A stretch of 64,000 bases of DNA from NCBI GenBank assembly GCA_002238805.1, contig MPNB01000009.1, positions 123 to 64,122 on the forward strand. Direction: 5' to 3'. The notes beneath the pieces were generated by a model that was not told the origin of the DNA, did no database searches, and was given only the letters and a program-made list of their open reading frames with translations. Shown in pieces: positions 1 through 9,023 of the stretch (within the stretch, counting starts at the first letter, position 1; each line of letters opens with the position of its first letter). The translations under genes were made by a program, and so were the position numbers. This stretch comes from Rhodothermaceae bacterium bin80. GTDB lineage: Bacteria > Bacteroidota > Rhodothermia > Rhodothermales > Bin80.

Positions 1-289
1 CGGAAGCCCCAATAATATAGACTCCCGAGGTGTTCTATCATTCTGAAGTTGCTAGTTCGTAAAGTTCCTCTACCTATAATTGGATCAGAGTCCAGCGTAT
101 ATTTCAACTATCTGGCAGACACTATGAACGATTCTTTGACTTTGATTACACGCTACCAATGTGAAGGGGATATTGGTAATTACGGCGGCTAATCAACTGA
201 TATGTGTGCATTGGTCCATATAGTGATGTTCGATTTTGTGAAATGGTTGGCGGGCCATAAATCCTCAATTTGGGCCTGATCGTCTAGGA

Positions 290-1186
290 ATGCGTTCGTA
301 CTCACAAGGAAGGAATTTTCAAACCTCAGTATTTGAAGAGTTTGAGCCATCAACGATTCCGGCTGCCAACGTGTCTAGCGTGCCACAGCGAAGTCTTCTT
401 AGGTACCCTGGCGGGAAAACATGGCTTGTGCCGCATATACGCAAATGGCTTATGGATCCTGTTGACACTCTCATTGAGCCGTTTGCCGGCGGCGGGATTG
501 TCTCATTAACAGCTGTGATGGAGGGATTGGCCGAACGGGTTCTCATGGTGGAGATAGATCAAGATCTATCTGCTTTCTGGCGGGTGGTACTGGATGATCC
601 GGAAAAGTTGATTGAACGCATTCAATCCTTTGCCTTCAGTCGTACAGAGGTTGAGCGTATAGCCAAGAGAGTCCCAAAAAGTGTTCTTGATCGTGGATTT
701 CGAACCCTTGTTCTCAACCGCACTCGATATGGAGGGGTTTTGGCGCCTGATGCTTCCTTAATCAGAAGCGGTGAAAATGGCGTTGGAATCGGTTCTCGGT
801 GGTACCCCAATACACTGGTAAACAGGATAAGGGATATTGCTCGGTATTCGGGTAAGCTGTCATTCCGTGAAAGTGATGGTGTGCGCTTGCTGGAGTTGTT
901 GTCTGATCGTCCCGAGACCGCTTTTTTTGTCGATCCACCATACACGGCGAAAGGGGGAAAGCAAGCAGGCACCCGACTCTACACTCATAACACTGTAGAT
1001 CATGCTCGTATTTTTGCCGCTTTGGCTAGGAGTCGAGCTAACTTTCTGATGACCTACGATTGTTCTTCCGAGATCATCAAACTGATTCGAAAGCACGAAT
1101 TTCAAGCTACTCTTGTAACAATGAAAAACCTTCACCATTTAAGGGTGCCCGAATTGATCATCACGCGTGACGAACTGTTCACTTGA
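290..1186 (+). CDS. D12-class (Dam-like) N6-adenine DNA methyltransferase
   Basis: 298-aa ORF with ATG start. N-terminal LRYPGGK block, SAM-binding EPFAGGG, and catalytic DPPY at 932-943 (FFVDPPYTAKG). Confidence 0.85.
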   Translation: MRSYSQGRNFQTSVFEEFEPSTIPAANVSSVPQRSLLRYPGGKTWLVPHIRKWLMDPVDTLIEPFAGGGIVSLTAVMEGLAERVLMVEIDQDLSAFWRVVLDDPEKLIERIQSFAFSRTEVERIAKRVPKSVLDRGFRTLVLNRTRYGGVLAPDASLIRSGENGVGIGSRWYPNTLVNRIRDIARYSGKLSFRESDGVRLLELLSDRPETAFFVDPPYTAKGGKQAGTRLYTHNTVDHARIFAALARSRANFLMTYDCSSEIIKLIRKHEFQATLVTMKNLHHLRVPELIITRDELFT

Positions 1187-1261
1187 ACGTTTCGGAATCT
1201 TCATGCGAAACGTCGTAATTCATGATGTTCGTCCCATCAACTAAAAAGCCCACAGCACCCT

Positions 1262-2323
1262 ATGAACACCTGTAATATTTCCCCATCCGACCTCTATCTT
1301 GATCCAACGAATCCACGGATCGGGTTTGAGGAATTCTCTCTAAGCGACCAGAAGAAGATCTTGCGCTGGCTCTGGCGAAATAATTCGGTGGACGAATTGG
1401 TGGACTCCATTCTCGCCAATTGCTACTGGGAACATGAGGAACTGTTCGCGACCAAAGAAGCAGGAAAGTTTGTTGTAGTTGAAGGCAATCGACGTCTTGC
1501 AGCTGTAAAAATCATCTCGGACGCTCATCTTCGGGAGGATTTAGGCATTAACCTAGAGGAGGGGCCCTCGAAACAAGTCCTTGATTCCATTCAAAAACTT
1601 CCAGTGATCTTCGCATCGCGAAAGGAGCTATGGAGTTTTGTCGGTTTTAAGCATGTTAATGGGCCACAAGTTTGGGATTCCATAGGTAAGGCTGAGTATG
1701 TATACAATGTGAGGACCAACTTCAATGTGTCCCTTGCTGAGATTGCATCAGGGATCGGGGATCGTCATGAAACTGTGACTCGCCTGTACCGGGGGTATGT
1801 TGTCCTTCGACAGGCGCAGGATCAACTGGCCTTTGATAAAACTCAGAGCCATCATTTTCGATTCCCGTTTTCCCATCTGTGGACTGCTCTGGGCTATTCA
1901 TCCATTCAAAGGTATCTGGGGGTTGATTCTAGAACACTTGAGAATGAAAATCCTATTCCCGAGCATCGATTACCACAACTTGGTCATCTTATGAACTGGC
2001 TTTACGGGAATCGGGACCGCAATATTGAGGCAAAGGTACGTCGACAGAATCCAGACCTCCGTCATTTGGCACAATCTCTTGAAAATCAGAAAGGTATAAA
2101 TCTGTTGGAATCAGGAAGTCCACTCTCGTCTGCATTGAATGCTTCACTTGGCGACAAATATCTGTTTCGAAATGCGCTCACGGAAGCTGATAAATACGCT
2201 AGGGATGCCATGCAATTTGTATCCACCGGGTTTGAGGGTGAGACTGATTTGATCGCAACAATGGAGAGTCTCCATAGACAGGCAGTGTCGCTAAAGTTTC
2301 TCATGAATCGTGACAATTCATGA
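1262..2323 (+). CDS. ParB/Srx N-terminal domain protein with central HTH-like segment
   Basis: 353 aa. KFVVVEGNRRLAAVKII (EGNRRLAA = 1481-1504) matches the ParB-type GxRR box. SLAEIASGIGDRHETVTRLYRGY looks like an HTH. The stop overlaps the next start (ATGA at 2320-2323). Confidence 0.6.
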   Translation: MNTCNISPSDLYLDPTNPRIGFEEFSLSDQKKILRWLWRNNSVDELVDSILANCYWEHEELFATKEAGKFVVVEGNRRLAAVKIISDAHLREDLGINLEEGPSKQVLDSIQKLPVIFASRKELWSFVGFKHVNGPQVWDSIGKAEYVYNVRTNFNVSLAEIASGIGDRHETVTRLYRGYVVLRQAQDQLAFDKTQSHHFRFPFSHLWTALGYSSIQRYLGVDSRTLENENPIPEHRLPQLGHLMNWLYGNRDRNIEAKVRRQNPDLRHLAQSLENQKGINLLESGSPLSSALNASLGDKYLFRNALTEADKYARDAMQFVSTGFEGETDLIATMESLHRQAVSLKFLMNRDNS

Positions 2324-3240
2324 CGGTGACAATAAACCCAAGTTTTCCAGCTGAAGAAAACGCCGACATCTTAGAATGGACCTGCGTAAAGGACTCTAAC
2401 GGCTACCTTGCATGGGCCGATGTGTTCTCCAACCTAAGACTTCTCCTCTCGGAGGATGAAGTAACCGCCACTTACGGTGAGTCTGATGATTTGAGGTCCA
2501 AAAGAGAGACCTTTGAGCTTATTCTGCAGGAATGGGTGGAAGTTCTTTCCCATCGGTTCCTAGCCTGCGGATCCGGTGATGGATATCCATTCAGGATCAC
2601 CGGGCAGGGACTTGAAGTTCGTGAAAGAACGTGTCCTGCGTATTTGTTCCAGCTCCTCGTATCTCTCGGCAATGATGATCGCCATCCTGATGGGACTACT
2701 GTTCCCAAGTTGTTTGAGGAACTGAGTGCCGCAGCTGCTGGGCGGTATCTAGGCGATAGCGAAACATGTGTAGTGTTTGGATTTCCACGAAATGATCTTC
2801 CTCAGGGATTTCGTGATGCAGTTGACCACTTGGTGGGATTGTTACGCGAGGGGAGGGCTTGTGCAAATGATCCCGAACTCAATAAATTAAAGGATGATGG
2901 TCTTGACGTTGTAGCGTGGAGAGAATTTCCCGACCGAAAAGCTTCAAAGCTGATCTTGTTTGGCCAATGTGCGACTGGTCGACTTTGGCGAGAGAAGACA
3001 TCTGAATTGCAGCCGGATGATTGGTGCAAAAATAACTTAGCAGAATCTCTCGCCGTGAATCCAGTCCCGGCATTTTTTGTCCCGAGGACCCTATCAGAAG
3101 TAGATGCTAAACGAACTGGAGTCAATAAGATTTTATTTGATCGCTGTCGTATTTCGGCATTATGTTCTGGAAAATTAAGCGGTCAGTTAAAGGAAAAGCT
3201 CTGGGGTTGGATTGATGTTTTCTGCAGTCCCCAGAGTTGA
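2320..3240 (+). CDS. Hypothetical protein, possible Mrr-like PD-(D/E)xK fold (lysine-less variant)
   Basis: 306 aa, translationally coupled to the ParB-like ORF. The blocks LFEELSAAAAGRYLG ... KDDGLDVVAW ... LILFGQCATG (2893-2979) resemble the FE / DGxD / QxK blocks of Mrr-type nucleases, but the K is replaced (QCA). Confidence 0.45.
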   Translation: MTVTINPSFPAEENADILEWTCVKDSNGYLAWADVFSNLRLLLSEDEVTATYGESDDLRSKRETFELILQEWVEVLSHRFLACGSGDGYPFRITGQGLEVRERTCPAYLFQLLVSLGNDDRHPDGTTVPKLFEELSAAAAGRYLGDSETCVVFGFPRNDLPQGFRDAVDHLVGLLREGRACANDPELNKLKDDGLDVVAWREFPDRKASKLILFGQCATGRLWREKTSELQPDDWCKNNLAESLAVNPVPAFFVPRTLSEVDAKRTGVNKILFDRCRISALCSGKLSGQLKEKLWGWIDVFCSPQS

Positions 3241-3556
3241 ATGCATATTCCGACCGAGTGGACTACTGATATATGTCAGACTGGTTTGCATCACCGTGTT
3301 GATTCGTTTTCCAGTTCTTGTTGTCTCTGCACTTTGCGCATGGACTCTCCGGTCAACTGGATTGTTGAGCATTGTTGACGAGTCCATCCAGGATGGCGCC
3401 TGCTATGGGGGCATGCATAAATGAATGTATCCATCTTGTCTGATTTGAATCCCTTGGTGTTCCTGTTTTTACGTGGGCATTGTTTTATTGTGAGTTGAGA
3501 TTTTCCACGATATATAACTGAACTTCCCCCCTATTTCTCACCCAATCGGTTGTTTT

Positions 3557-3599
3557 TGAGGACTAAATCTTTTGGTTGAGGCTTCAGTCCTCATTTTTT
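3557..3599 (+). terminator. Rho-independent-terminator-like hairpin
   Basis: TGAGGACT (3557-3564) pairs with AGTCCTCA (3586-3593). An alternative inner 5-bp stem is TGAGG/CCTCA. A T6 run follows at 3594-3599. Confidence 0.45.
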
Positions 3600-3700
3600 C
3601 GTAGCAATTCCCCAGAGCGGGGACATATAACGCTCATTTTCACTGATTTACGCCCCAATTGGTATCATTTCGGGAGTTTTGTCTGAGAATGTGTCTGCCC

Positions 3701-4321
3701 ATGTATGTCCCCAAAATTCCCAACCGGAATTCCAAACCAACCTGGCTCATTCGCGAGTCAAAATGGATCAATGGCAAATCTGTCAAAACAACTCTCGCCA
3801 ATATCACCAAGCTCCCCATGGAAACCATTGAGGAGTTTCGAATCCTCTTGGCGGGCGGCACCGCCGTCAAATCCGTCAAAGAGGCCCTCACCATTCGAAG
3901 CAACACCCCGCACGGACATGTAGCCGCCGTATTGGGCATGATGAACCAGCTCCATCTACCCGAACTGATTGCGCCGAAAAATTCCCGCTTCCGCCGATTG
4001 GTGCTCGGTATGATTGCTGCACGCGTGATCAAGCCGGCCAGCAAGCTCTCGACCAGCGCCATGCTGGATGTGCATACCGCGTCCACTACGCTCAATGAAG
4101 AGCTTGGACTCAAACGCGTGGATGAGGATGATCTCTATGATGCGATGGATGAATTGCTCAAACGCAAGACGAACATTGAATGTCGTTTGGCGAAACGGCA
4201 TCTCAGGCAGGGGAGCATGGTGCTTTACGATGTGACCAGCAGTTACGTGGAAGGCGAGAAAAATGAATGGGTCGCCTATGGCTACAACCGGGACAAGAAG
4301 AAGGGTGTATATTCAGATTGA
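3701..4321 (+). pseudogene. IS1634-family transposase, N-terminal fragment (about 207 aa of an expected ~550)
   Basis: MYVPKIPNRNSKPTWLIRESKWINGKSVKTTLANITKLPMETIEEFRILLAGG is the typical N terminus of this transposase family. It ends at ..GYNRDKKKG, where an IS21-like end begins. Confidence 0.7.
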
Positions 4322-4800
4322 CGTTGCCCGGGCATTCAGATTGATGTTGCCCACCTTGGGTGGATAACATCCGATTGATTTTCGGTGCAATTTTGATCTG
4401 AATTTCGAGACAGGATTTGTTGTTGGAGCAGGAAGAATTACAAGGCATTAGCGGCCCTGAACCAATCAGAGCAACTCATGCCACAACAACGAATTTCGAT
4501 GAAAACCATCCGTGACGTGCTGTGCTACTACTTACGATGAGGACTGCAGTAAGCGTCAAATCGCGGGCTACCTGCAGATCTCACCGGGGACGGTGCGTAA
4601 TTATCTTCGTCGCGCCGAGGCTGCGGGCGTGTCCCGGCCTCTTCCAGCGGAGTACACCGATGAAACCCTTGAGGCCTTGCTGTTCCCGCGCAATCCGTTT
4701 CCTTCCGATCGTCCCCAGCCGGACTGGACGGACCTCAACAGGCAGTTATCCCGGAAGGGGATGACCTTGGAGCAAATCTGGCATAACTACCGCCAAGTTC
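4305..4800 (+). mobile_element. IS21-family left end plus truncated, frameshifted istA
   Basis: Tandem 19-nt repeats ATTCAGATTGA(C/T)GTTGCCC at 4311-4329 and 4334-4352, with an inverted partial copy at 4395-4403 (IS21 ends carry multiple terminal repeats). The istA N terminus starts at 4478 (MPQQRISMKTIRDVLCYYLR), has a frameshift, then reads CSKRQIAGYLQISPGTVRNYLRRAEAAGVSRPLP...WHNYRQVHP. Similarity stops near 4800. Confidence 0.65.
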
Positions 4801-5196
4801 ATCCTCAATATGCTCAAGGATGCCCATTGCCAAGATGCAGTCAAAAGCTCCCTTAGCTTGGGGTTTCGTCACGTCATCAACCAACAACTTGACCCGATCA
4901 GACAAACCGAAGGCTAGAAAACAGCGGGCTGCCCGGTCTAAATAATCTTTTTTAACGTCTATCCCGGTGACCGAAACTCCTGAATACTTTCGTAGCACAT
5001 ACCAGGCATACTGCCCGAGGCCGGTGCAGGCATCCAGAAGCCTTGAGCCGGGGCCGAGGCTCAAATTTCGCAGTACACGATGGACATACCACGTTCGGAG
5101 GAATAATAAATCCAGAATTCCAAAAAGGATAGGGAGCAATCTCGGACGCGAGTCAAGCAGGCTGCTAAGCCGATCCTTGATCGGATCATACTCCAT
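4735..5196 (-). pseudogene. Class I SAM-dependent methyltransferase, C-terminally truncated at the IS21 junction
   Basis: LLDACTGLGQYAWYVL (motif I, xDxGxGxG-like), VTGIDV, LLVDDV, and ILAMGILEHIEDE. After about 4805 the reading frame runs into IS21-derived sequence. Confidence 0.6.
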
Positions 5197-5275
5197 CAGA
5201 TATCATCATTGTACCCATACCCCATACTGTAGAACAGGACCGTTGCAGTAACCAGTAGCTTGATTGACTGAAAAT

Positions 5276-5461
5276 TTATCGAGGCATTTCAAGCTCAAAT
5301 ATGCTGTCCTGGGCGGTTGTTGTTCCAATCTGTGTGCAATCAGTGAAAACGGTCACAAGTTCCAGGGGTTCTCCAGTGCGTTTGTTAGTTACAGTTCCGC
5401 GAACGGTAACCTGGGCCCCTGCGAAAACTGTGGTCAAAGCAATCACAGAGATAGCAAAAAC
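5276..5461 (-). pseudogene. TonB-dependent receptor (SusC-like) N-terminal stub
   Basis: My own translation of the minus strand gives ..FAISVIALTTVFAGAQ/VTVRGTVTNKRTGEPLELVTVFTDCTQIGTTTAQDSIFELEMPR*. That is a signal peptide plus the start of a CarboxypepD_reg-like domain, then a stop. There is no ATG and it is only about 60 codons long. Confidence 0.4.
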
Positions 5462-6002
5462 GTGTCAATGTCCAATGTCAAAATTTTCGGGATTGGCCTC
5501 CCGGTGCCTGCCAGAAAATACCTGTACGGACCTGGAAGACCAATGTCTGCCGATTGGCCGGCTTAAACGAGGCACTGGAGGAAACGCCCACATTCCACAA
5601 GCCTGCTCATCTTCGTCACTGCGAGATCAACTTTGAACCACGAATATCATTGAAGCATCGACAGCCGACTGGCACGCATCGCCACCCGATGGTGTAACTC
5701 GGATCAACGTCAACGATGGATTGCCGCAGCGTGCCTGGAGATTGAACACCGATCTCTGAAACCGATCCCCCAAGACTGGCAATGGGAAACCTTGATCCAG
5801 GCACTGAAACGACACAACCAAACCCCAAACCAGTATACTAGCATAAGTAGAGGGTTACAGCTTTCCAGATCTCCACTAGCTTTGATGCATCCCCCGCTGA
5901 TGAATTGGGCGATGAACCGTAGTTTAGGATTGATGTTTCAGGGCGATGTTGGGATTAGGATTATGTTCTAGGAATTGTAAAAGCCCGAGATAGTCTTGCA
6001 TT

Positions 6003-6320
6003 ATGGTTGACAATACGCCTGCCGATACTGTGTCTCAGTCTATCCCCATCTCTGATCACGATTTGCAGAAGCAGATAGAGGCATTAGACAGAGTCATTGA
6101 ACACCTTCGGCATGCCGCTGAGGCCAGAAGGAAAGTGAGAGAAGGGTGGGTCCCGAAAGAAACTTTCTGGGATGAGTTAATTGATGTAAACTGTACTCCC
6201 ATGGGGCAGAACACAGAATATGGTGAAGATGCTTATTGGCATAGTATGCAGGGAGTATGGCATCTTGTAGGAGCCTATTTGGCGGAAGCTATGTCCTTGT
6301 ATGACGACGATCTAGGATGA
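6003..6320 (+). CDS. Hypothetical protein (105 aa)
   Basis: Open frame with ATG start. No recognisable motif. Confidence 0.3.
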   Translation: MVDNTPADTVSQSIPISDHDLQKQIEALDRVIEHLRHAAEARRKVREGWVPKETFWDELIDVNCTPMGQNTEYGEDAYWHSMQGVWHLVGAYLAEAMSLYDDDLG

Positions 6321-6334
6321 CAGACCAACGGTAA

Positions 6335-6550
6335 ATGGAGACGGTGAAGCCAATGATGAAGCCGAAGATTTTTGAAGATTTCGGCCCAATTCAGGTCAAT
6401 ACCGCCGGAAAGGGCCCTCAGAGTGGGTTATACGCCCCAGAAACGGAAAATCTAGATTTGAAGGAATATCTTCGTACCGCAGCCCGCGCAATAAAATCAC
6501 GAAATTCAGCCCAAAATCGCCCAAAATCGACGCATATGACCCCTTTCTGA
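6335..6550 (+). CDS. Hypothetical protein (71 aa)
   Basis: Short ORF 15 nt downstream of the previous one. No motif. Confidence 0.2.
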   Translation: METVKPMMKPKIFEDFGPIQVNTAGKGPQSGLYAPETENLDLKEYLRTAARAIKSRNSAQNRPKSTHMTPF

Positions 6551-6601
6551 CGGAAATTAGAATACTTTTGCTATTTCCGGGCAAGCACTACATAATTCTC
6601 T

Positions 6602-7129
6602 ATGCATATGAGTCCGTATAACGTCGGTACGTCGAGGAACTGGAATCATTGGGGCGTCATTACTCTGGCCGTTTGCGCGCTACTGGTGCTCACCCATTGC
6701 GACAGTGGTTTCGTTAATTCACAGTGTACGGAGGACCAGGAAGCGATCGCGAAGGAGTATGACAGTGCGGAGTGGCCGTGCGAAAAATTCGTCGACAGCG
6801 TGACCCCCGGGGACGGCACAGACAATCATTCGACGGGCTATCTCTCAGGTGCGTACAAGTCTGGCAGGGATGCCGTATGGTCGTACATGAGCTCCGAGTT
6901 TGATGTCTCCGGATGGATCGGATCCGACTGGCGTTGCCCGGAGGGCAACACGAGGGTGGGCGGCGCGTCGGGAAGCCAGCACGTGCAGGGCACGGCGGGT
7001 GACTTCACCGCCGATGGCTTTGACGAGACGATGTGGGAGAAGTTCGAGAAGGCGGCGATAGACGCCGGAAGGGGTTGGAACTCGGCCAAAGGGCGATACA
7101 CGAGTCATATTCACATAGATTGGAGGTAG
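6602..7129 (+). CDS. Peptidase M15A-like (zinc D-Ala-D-Ala carboxypeptidase / YcbK-DUF882-type) cell-wall hydrolase
   Basis: SGWIGSDWRCPEGNTRVGGASGSQHVQGTAGDF ... HIHIDWR matches the SxxRxxxxNxxVGGxxxSxHxxGxAxD ... H.D zinc-ligand pattern. N-terminal hydrophobic segment ends in a Cys (LVLTHC). The region is GC-rich. Confidence 0.7.
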   Translation: MHMSPYNVGTSRNWNHWGVITLAVCALLVLTHCDSGFVNSQCTEDQEAIAKEYDSAEWPCEKFVDSVTPGDGTDNHSTGYLSGAYKSGRDAVWSYMSSEFDVSGWIGSDWRCPEGNTRVGGASGSQHVQGTAGDFTADGFDETMWEKFEKAAIDAGRGWNSAKGRYTSHIHIDWR

Positions 7130-7131
7130 CG

Positions 7132-7962
7132 ATGCGAGTATTAGGAAGATATTTATATTTCACTCAGGCCCTGTTGCTGCTGGGGCTTCCGGCTGTGAGC
7201 ACCGCGCAGGAGCGGGCGGCCCCACCGCCGATGGCGGAGCAGACGGCGGCAGCAGCGCTCGCTGAGGGTCAGTTGACGCCGGAAAGGGACCGCGCGCTGG
7301 CACTCGCGCTCGACCTTGGCGCGCGTGCCGGGTTTGAACTACGAGGCGCCGTTATCAACGCGGCGTGGGCGGAACTGCGTGGCGAGACGGACCGACCCGA
7401 GGGCTCCGAGGCGATCTTCGACTATATGCACGCCGTGGCACAGCTGGGGGATCCACGCGCAATCCCGTTTCTGATTGAGGTGCTGGGGAATGGGCAGAAT
7501 GCCTCGAACGCACTGGCGGACTTCGGCGCGGCGGCGTTCCCTGCCGCGCTCGAGGTCGTGTCGAATCCCGACGAAGACCCATCCCGTGTCCACGGGGCTC
7601 TGACGGCGCTCCGGTTCATGCTCGAGGACGGAGTCCTGACTGCCGGGCAGGCGGACCAGGTGCGCGCGGTCGTGCGGGGCCGGCTCTCTGGATCCCAGAC
7701 TCCCACTGTCGTGAGCACGGCCCTGCGACTCGCGCTGGCGCTCAAAGATCTGGAGCTGCGGGGGATTGTAGAGAGGTTCGTGGACGACCGGGGCTTCGCC
7801 GAGACGCTTATATCGCCTTATCTGCCTTCCGGCGTTACACGCAGCAGCCGAGACTACGCCCAGTGGGTCAACCTCGTCCAGAAGGAAGCACGGACGTTCC
7901 TGGACGGCGGCGGCGCGGACATCGGGCCGTATCGTAGCCGGATGGCCGTAGCTATCCATTAG
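7132..7962 (+). CDS. Secreted HEAT-repeat-like protein
   Basis: The ATG at 7132 lies 2 nt after the M15 stop and gives a signal peptide, MRVLGRYLYFTQALLLLGLPAVSTAQ. DPRAIPFLIEVLGNGQNASNALADFGAAAFPAALEVVSNPDEDP is HEAT-like. The track ORF start at 7033 overlaps the upstream gene and is unlikely. Confidence 0.6.
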   Translation: MRVLGRYLYFTQALLLLGLPAVSTAQERAAPPPMAEQTAAAALAEGQLTPERDRALALALDLGARAGFELRGAVINAAWAELRGETDRPEGSEAIFDYMHAVAQLGDPRAIPFLIEVLGNGQNASNALADFGAAAFPAALEVVSNPDEDPSRVHGALTALRFMLEDGVLTAGQADQVRAVVRGRLSGSQTPTVVSTALRLALALKDLELRGIVERFVDDRGFAETLISPYLPSGVTRSSRDYAQWVNLVQKEARTFLDGGGADIGPYRSRMAVAIH

Positions 7963-8368
7963 AAAGCAAGGCGGCCTGAGAGGGCGCATTAGCTGCCCAG
8001 GTGTGGCGTCCGTGAAAATGCGCCCGCCAGTTGAGGTTGCCCGTGTCATCTACGGGGCGGATGAGGATGTGTATATGGGGCCGTAATTCGTCCCGGTGGA
8101 GTTGTGCGAGTTCTACTTGTCCGGGCACATGCTGTTGGCCCCATTCCATTGTGGCCCTGGTCCACACCCGTATGTCTGTTTCATTTGTCTTATCCAGTTC
8201 CTTAGGCAATGTGCATATCATGGAGGCCATGAGGTTGGCATCAGATCTAATTTTGCGTCCATGCGGCTGGTGCTTTGGCACTGGGCCGAGTTCATTTTTT
8301 CGAAAGATGAGGCAGATCGGGATCTCAAGCAATGGCTGAAACCGGAGACTCCGGGTGAGATAGCTCAA
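7952..8368 (-). pseudogene. Mob_Pre-type mobilisation relaxase fragment
   Basis: ..VELAQLHRDELRPHIHILIRPVDDTGNLNWRAHF.. matches the H.DE..PH.H...P..dG.L motif of Pre/Mob relaxases. Only about 100 relevant residues remain, and there is no intact N or C terminus. Confidence 0.55.
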
Positions 8369-8485
8369 CGAATTGGTTCAATTCAGGGAGCCTCAATCTC
8401 ATACAGTGGTCCGTTGCCTCCTGCATCCGAGGTTGCCAAATATGAAGAGGTGTACCCTGGGGCAGCTGAACGTATTTTGGTTTAG
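8096..8485 (+). pseudogene. DUF2335-type membrane protein fragment
   Basis: The C-terminal part YSGPLPPASEVAKYEEVYPGAAERIL matches the DUF2335 signature (sGPlPpP..l..Ye...PgaaeRI). The frame then stops at 8485 and the expected membrane part follows in other frames (8519-8700). Confidence 0.45.
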
Positions 8486-9023
8486 CTGAAAGTCTCCCGA
8501 AACTCCAAGAAAAGGCGCTTGATAAGCAGCATATACGGTCCTCAAAGCAGTCACATCCGCACTGGTATCTTTAAGCGTGATAGCAGTAGCTGGACTTACG
8601 GTATGTGTGATCCAGCGTGGTTATCAATCCCGCTTGGAGGCATAGGCATTTTGGGTTTATTATTGAGCGAGTGGTTAGAAGAACAAGAGGTCGGAAACAG
8701 TAATACTTTCAATCCGGCTATAGAGATTAGTAGGTTCTACCGTGATTGTGGTAGATGGAGGTTTAAGCTACCGCAGAAGAAGAGGATTGCAGATTTGAGG
8801 TTGTTGAATCTTCTGCAACCTCTCCCGATGGTTTTCATCCTGGATATTCCCATTGAGTCGTTCGCCTTGGCATTGGATTGTTCGTGACGAAGTGTGTACT
8901 CATGCCTCTGAGAGGGCGTTTTAACATCTTGGCTGTTTCCGTAACCTATATCAAGCTGTGGTTCAAGAGCGTAAGGGGCAGCTGTCAAGGTCTGAAAATC
9001 TGCTCCATACCCCGTGGGCCAGG

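Noticed and set aside
7339-8049. A 236-aa minus-strand ORF, and several shorter ones, antisense to the HEAT-repeat gene.
   Set aside because: Same reasoning: it is a GC-rich shadow frame with an Arg/Pro-rich product and no motif. The plus-strand frame has a signal peptide and HEAT-like repeats.
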